Assembly: GCA_965200465.1 (NCBI GenBank) | Contig: OZ241358.1 | Location: 1,189,872-1,253,871, forward strand | DNA length: 64,000 nt | From: Candidatus Azophilus sp. | GTDB taxonomy: Bacteria > Pseudomonadota > Gammaproteobacteria > Pseudomonadales > Azotimanducaceae | Direction of reading: 5' to 3' | Shown: positions 63,219 through 64,000 of the stretch, piece by piece | How positions within the stretch are numbered: the stretch's first letter is position 1 | Layout of the letters: every line of letters starts with the position of its first letter | Position numbers and translations under genes: made by a program | Notes under the pieces: generated by a model | The model's database searches: none | What the model was told of the DNA's origin: nothing | The model's input: the letters and a program-made list of their open reading frames with translations, nothing else

Positions 63219-64000
63219 ATGCTCGTTGAACAGATCTGGACCGGCAACGCCTACCGCAACTTCAACTACCTCATTGCCTGCCCTCAGACTGGCGAAGCCT
63301 TGGCCGTGGACCCGCTGGACCACGAGAAGTGCCTCGCCGCCGCCCAAGCCAAGGGCTGGGAGGTCACCTGGATTCTGAACACCCATGAGCACTTCGACCA
63401 CATCGGCGGCAACGAGGCGCTGCAGCAGGCCACCGGGGCGCGGATCATGGCGCACGGCAACGCCGGCAAGGCCATCGCCGGGATGGAGCGCGGCCTCGCC
63501 GCTGGGGATCTGGTGCAGGTGGGCAAGACCGTGGAGCTGCTGGCGCTGGACACGCCGGGCCACACCATGAGCCATGTCTGCCTGCTGTCGCAGACCGATG
63601 CGCCGGCCCTGTTCTGCGGAGACACCCTGTTCAACGCCGGCGCCGGCAACTGCCACAACGGTGGCCATCCCAACGAACTGTACGAGACCTTCGCCTCCCA
63701 GCTCGACGGTCTGCCGGACAGCACCAGGATCTATCCGGGCCACGACTACATCACCAACAACTTGGCCTTCACCCTGGACCGGGAGCCGGACAACCAAGCC
63801 GCCGCCGACCTGCTCGCCGACCTCAAGTCCAGCCATGACCCGGCTGCGGCGATGGTCACCACCCTAGGCCAGGAAAAGGCGTTCAACACCTTCTTTCGCC
63901 TGACCAGCCCAGCCGTCATCGCCCGGCTGCGGGAGGCGTTCCCGGAACTGGACGAGCGCCCGTCACCAAGGGAGGTGTTCCTCAGGCTGCGCGAACTGCG
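63219..64000 (+). CDS. gloB: Hydroxyacylglutathione hydrolase-like MBL-fold protein (3-prime partial, runs off the window)
   Basis: Translated by hand from the ATG at 63219, with no stop before 64000. It has THEHFDHIGGN (HxHxDH), TPGHTMSH and GDTLF, and a GloB-like C-terminal helix region (KAFNTFFRL). Confidence 0.8.
   Translation, partial: MLVEQIWTGNAYRNFNYLIACPQTGEALAVDPLDHEKCLAAAQAKGWEVTWILNTHEHFDHIGGNEALQQATGARIMAHGNAGKAIAGMERGLAAGDLVQVGKTVELLALDTPGHTMSHVCLLSQTDAPALFCGDTLFNAGAGNCHNGGHPNELYETFASQLDGLPDSTRIYPGHDYITNNLAFTLDREPDNQAAADLLADLKSSHDPAAAMVTTLGQEKAFNTFFRLTSPAVIARLREAFPELDERPSPREVFLRLREL

Noticed and set aside
1-64000. CRISPR arrays, rRNA genes, IS elements, transposases, integrases, phage structural genes
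   Set aside because: None was recognised on either strand. The only exact long repeat seen is the 52-bp pair, and the only tandem repeats are the coding G/S/P repeats.

Overview
This is a high-GC (about 66-70% in spot counts) proteobacterial chromosome segment, probably a marine or environmental gammaproteobacterium. All product calls come from motif and architecture recognition by eye; no searches were run.

Layout:
- 1-15.2 kb: housekeeping and transport genes. These are a dienelactone hydrolase, a canonical six-gene TonB2/TtpC-type energy-transduction cluster, ribE, pyrF, a kinase-like phosphotransferase, a VOC protein, a DUF3300 protein, tRNA-Arg(ACG), a TonB-dependent receptor and an MFS transporter.
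- 15.3-16.1 kb: a retropepsin-like protease and a gene remnant.
- 16.2-29.9 kb: a minus-strand cluster of 10-12 genes, which is the most interesting region. It encodes a MotA/ExbB-like channel and two paralogous proteins with an ExbD/TolR-like TM helix fused to a coiled coil and a vWA domain. It also encodes a degenerate Hsp70/actin-fold protein, a PEGA-repeat/FGE-sulfatase-fold membrane protein and a TPR membrane protein. The remaining products are several lipoproteins (one Gly/Ser/Pro-rich with 15-bp tandem repeats) and a TPR protein with a TonB-C-like domain. I read it as a divergent, apparently undescribed Ton/Tol/Glt-like PMF-driven envelope machine.
- 30.0-35.4 kb: an accessory islet with lower-GC flanks. 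It holds a secreted hypothetical, a single-polypeptide type IIG/ISP-like restriction-modification enzyme and DUF4258/DUF2283 toxin-antitoxin remnants.
- 35.0-57.0 kb: a catabolic block bracketed by a perfect 52-bp direct repeat. It contains a split glycine-dehydrogenase-like pair, an OYE flavoenzyme, a DapA-family enzyme, FAD oxidoreductases, an amino-acid ABC transporter, SDRs, a TonB-dependent receptor, DUF885 and a deacetylase.
- 57.0-61.4 kb: Rieske oxygenase genes, an SDR, a ThuA-like gene and an LLM oxidoreductase gene.
- 61.4-64.0 kb: a small AAA-ATPase islet, then a partial gloB-like gene.

No CRISPR array, rRNA, transposase or integrase was recognised. Most long antisense ORFs in the track are high-GC shadow ORFs.
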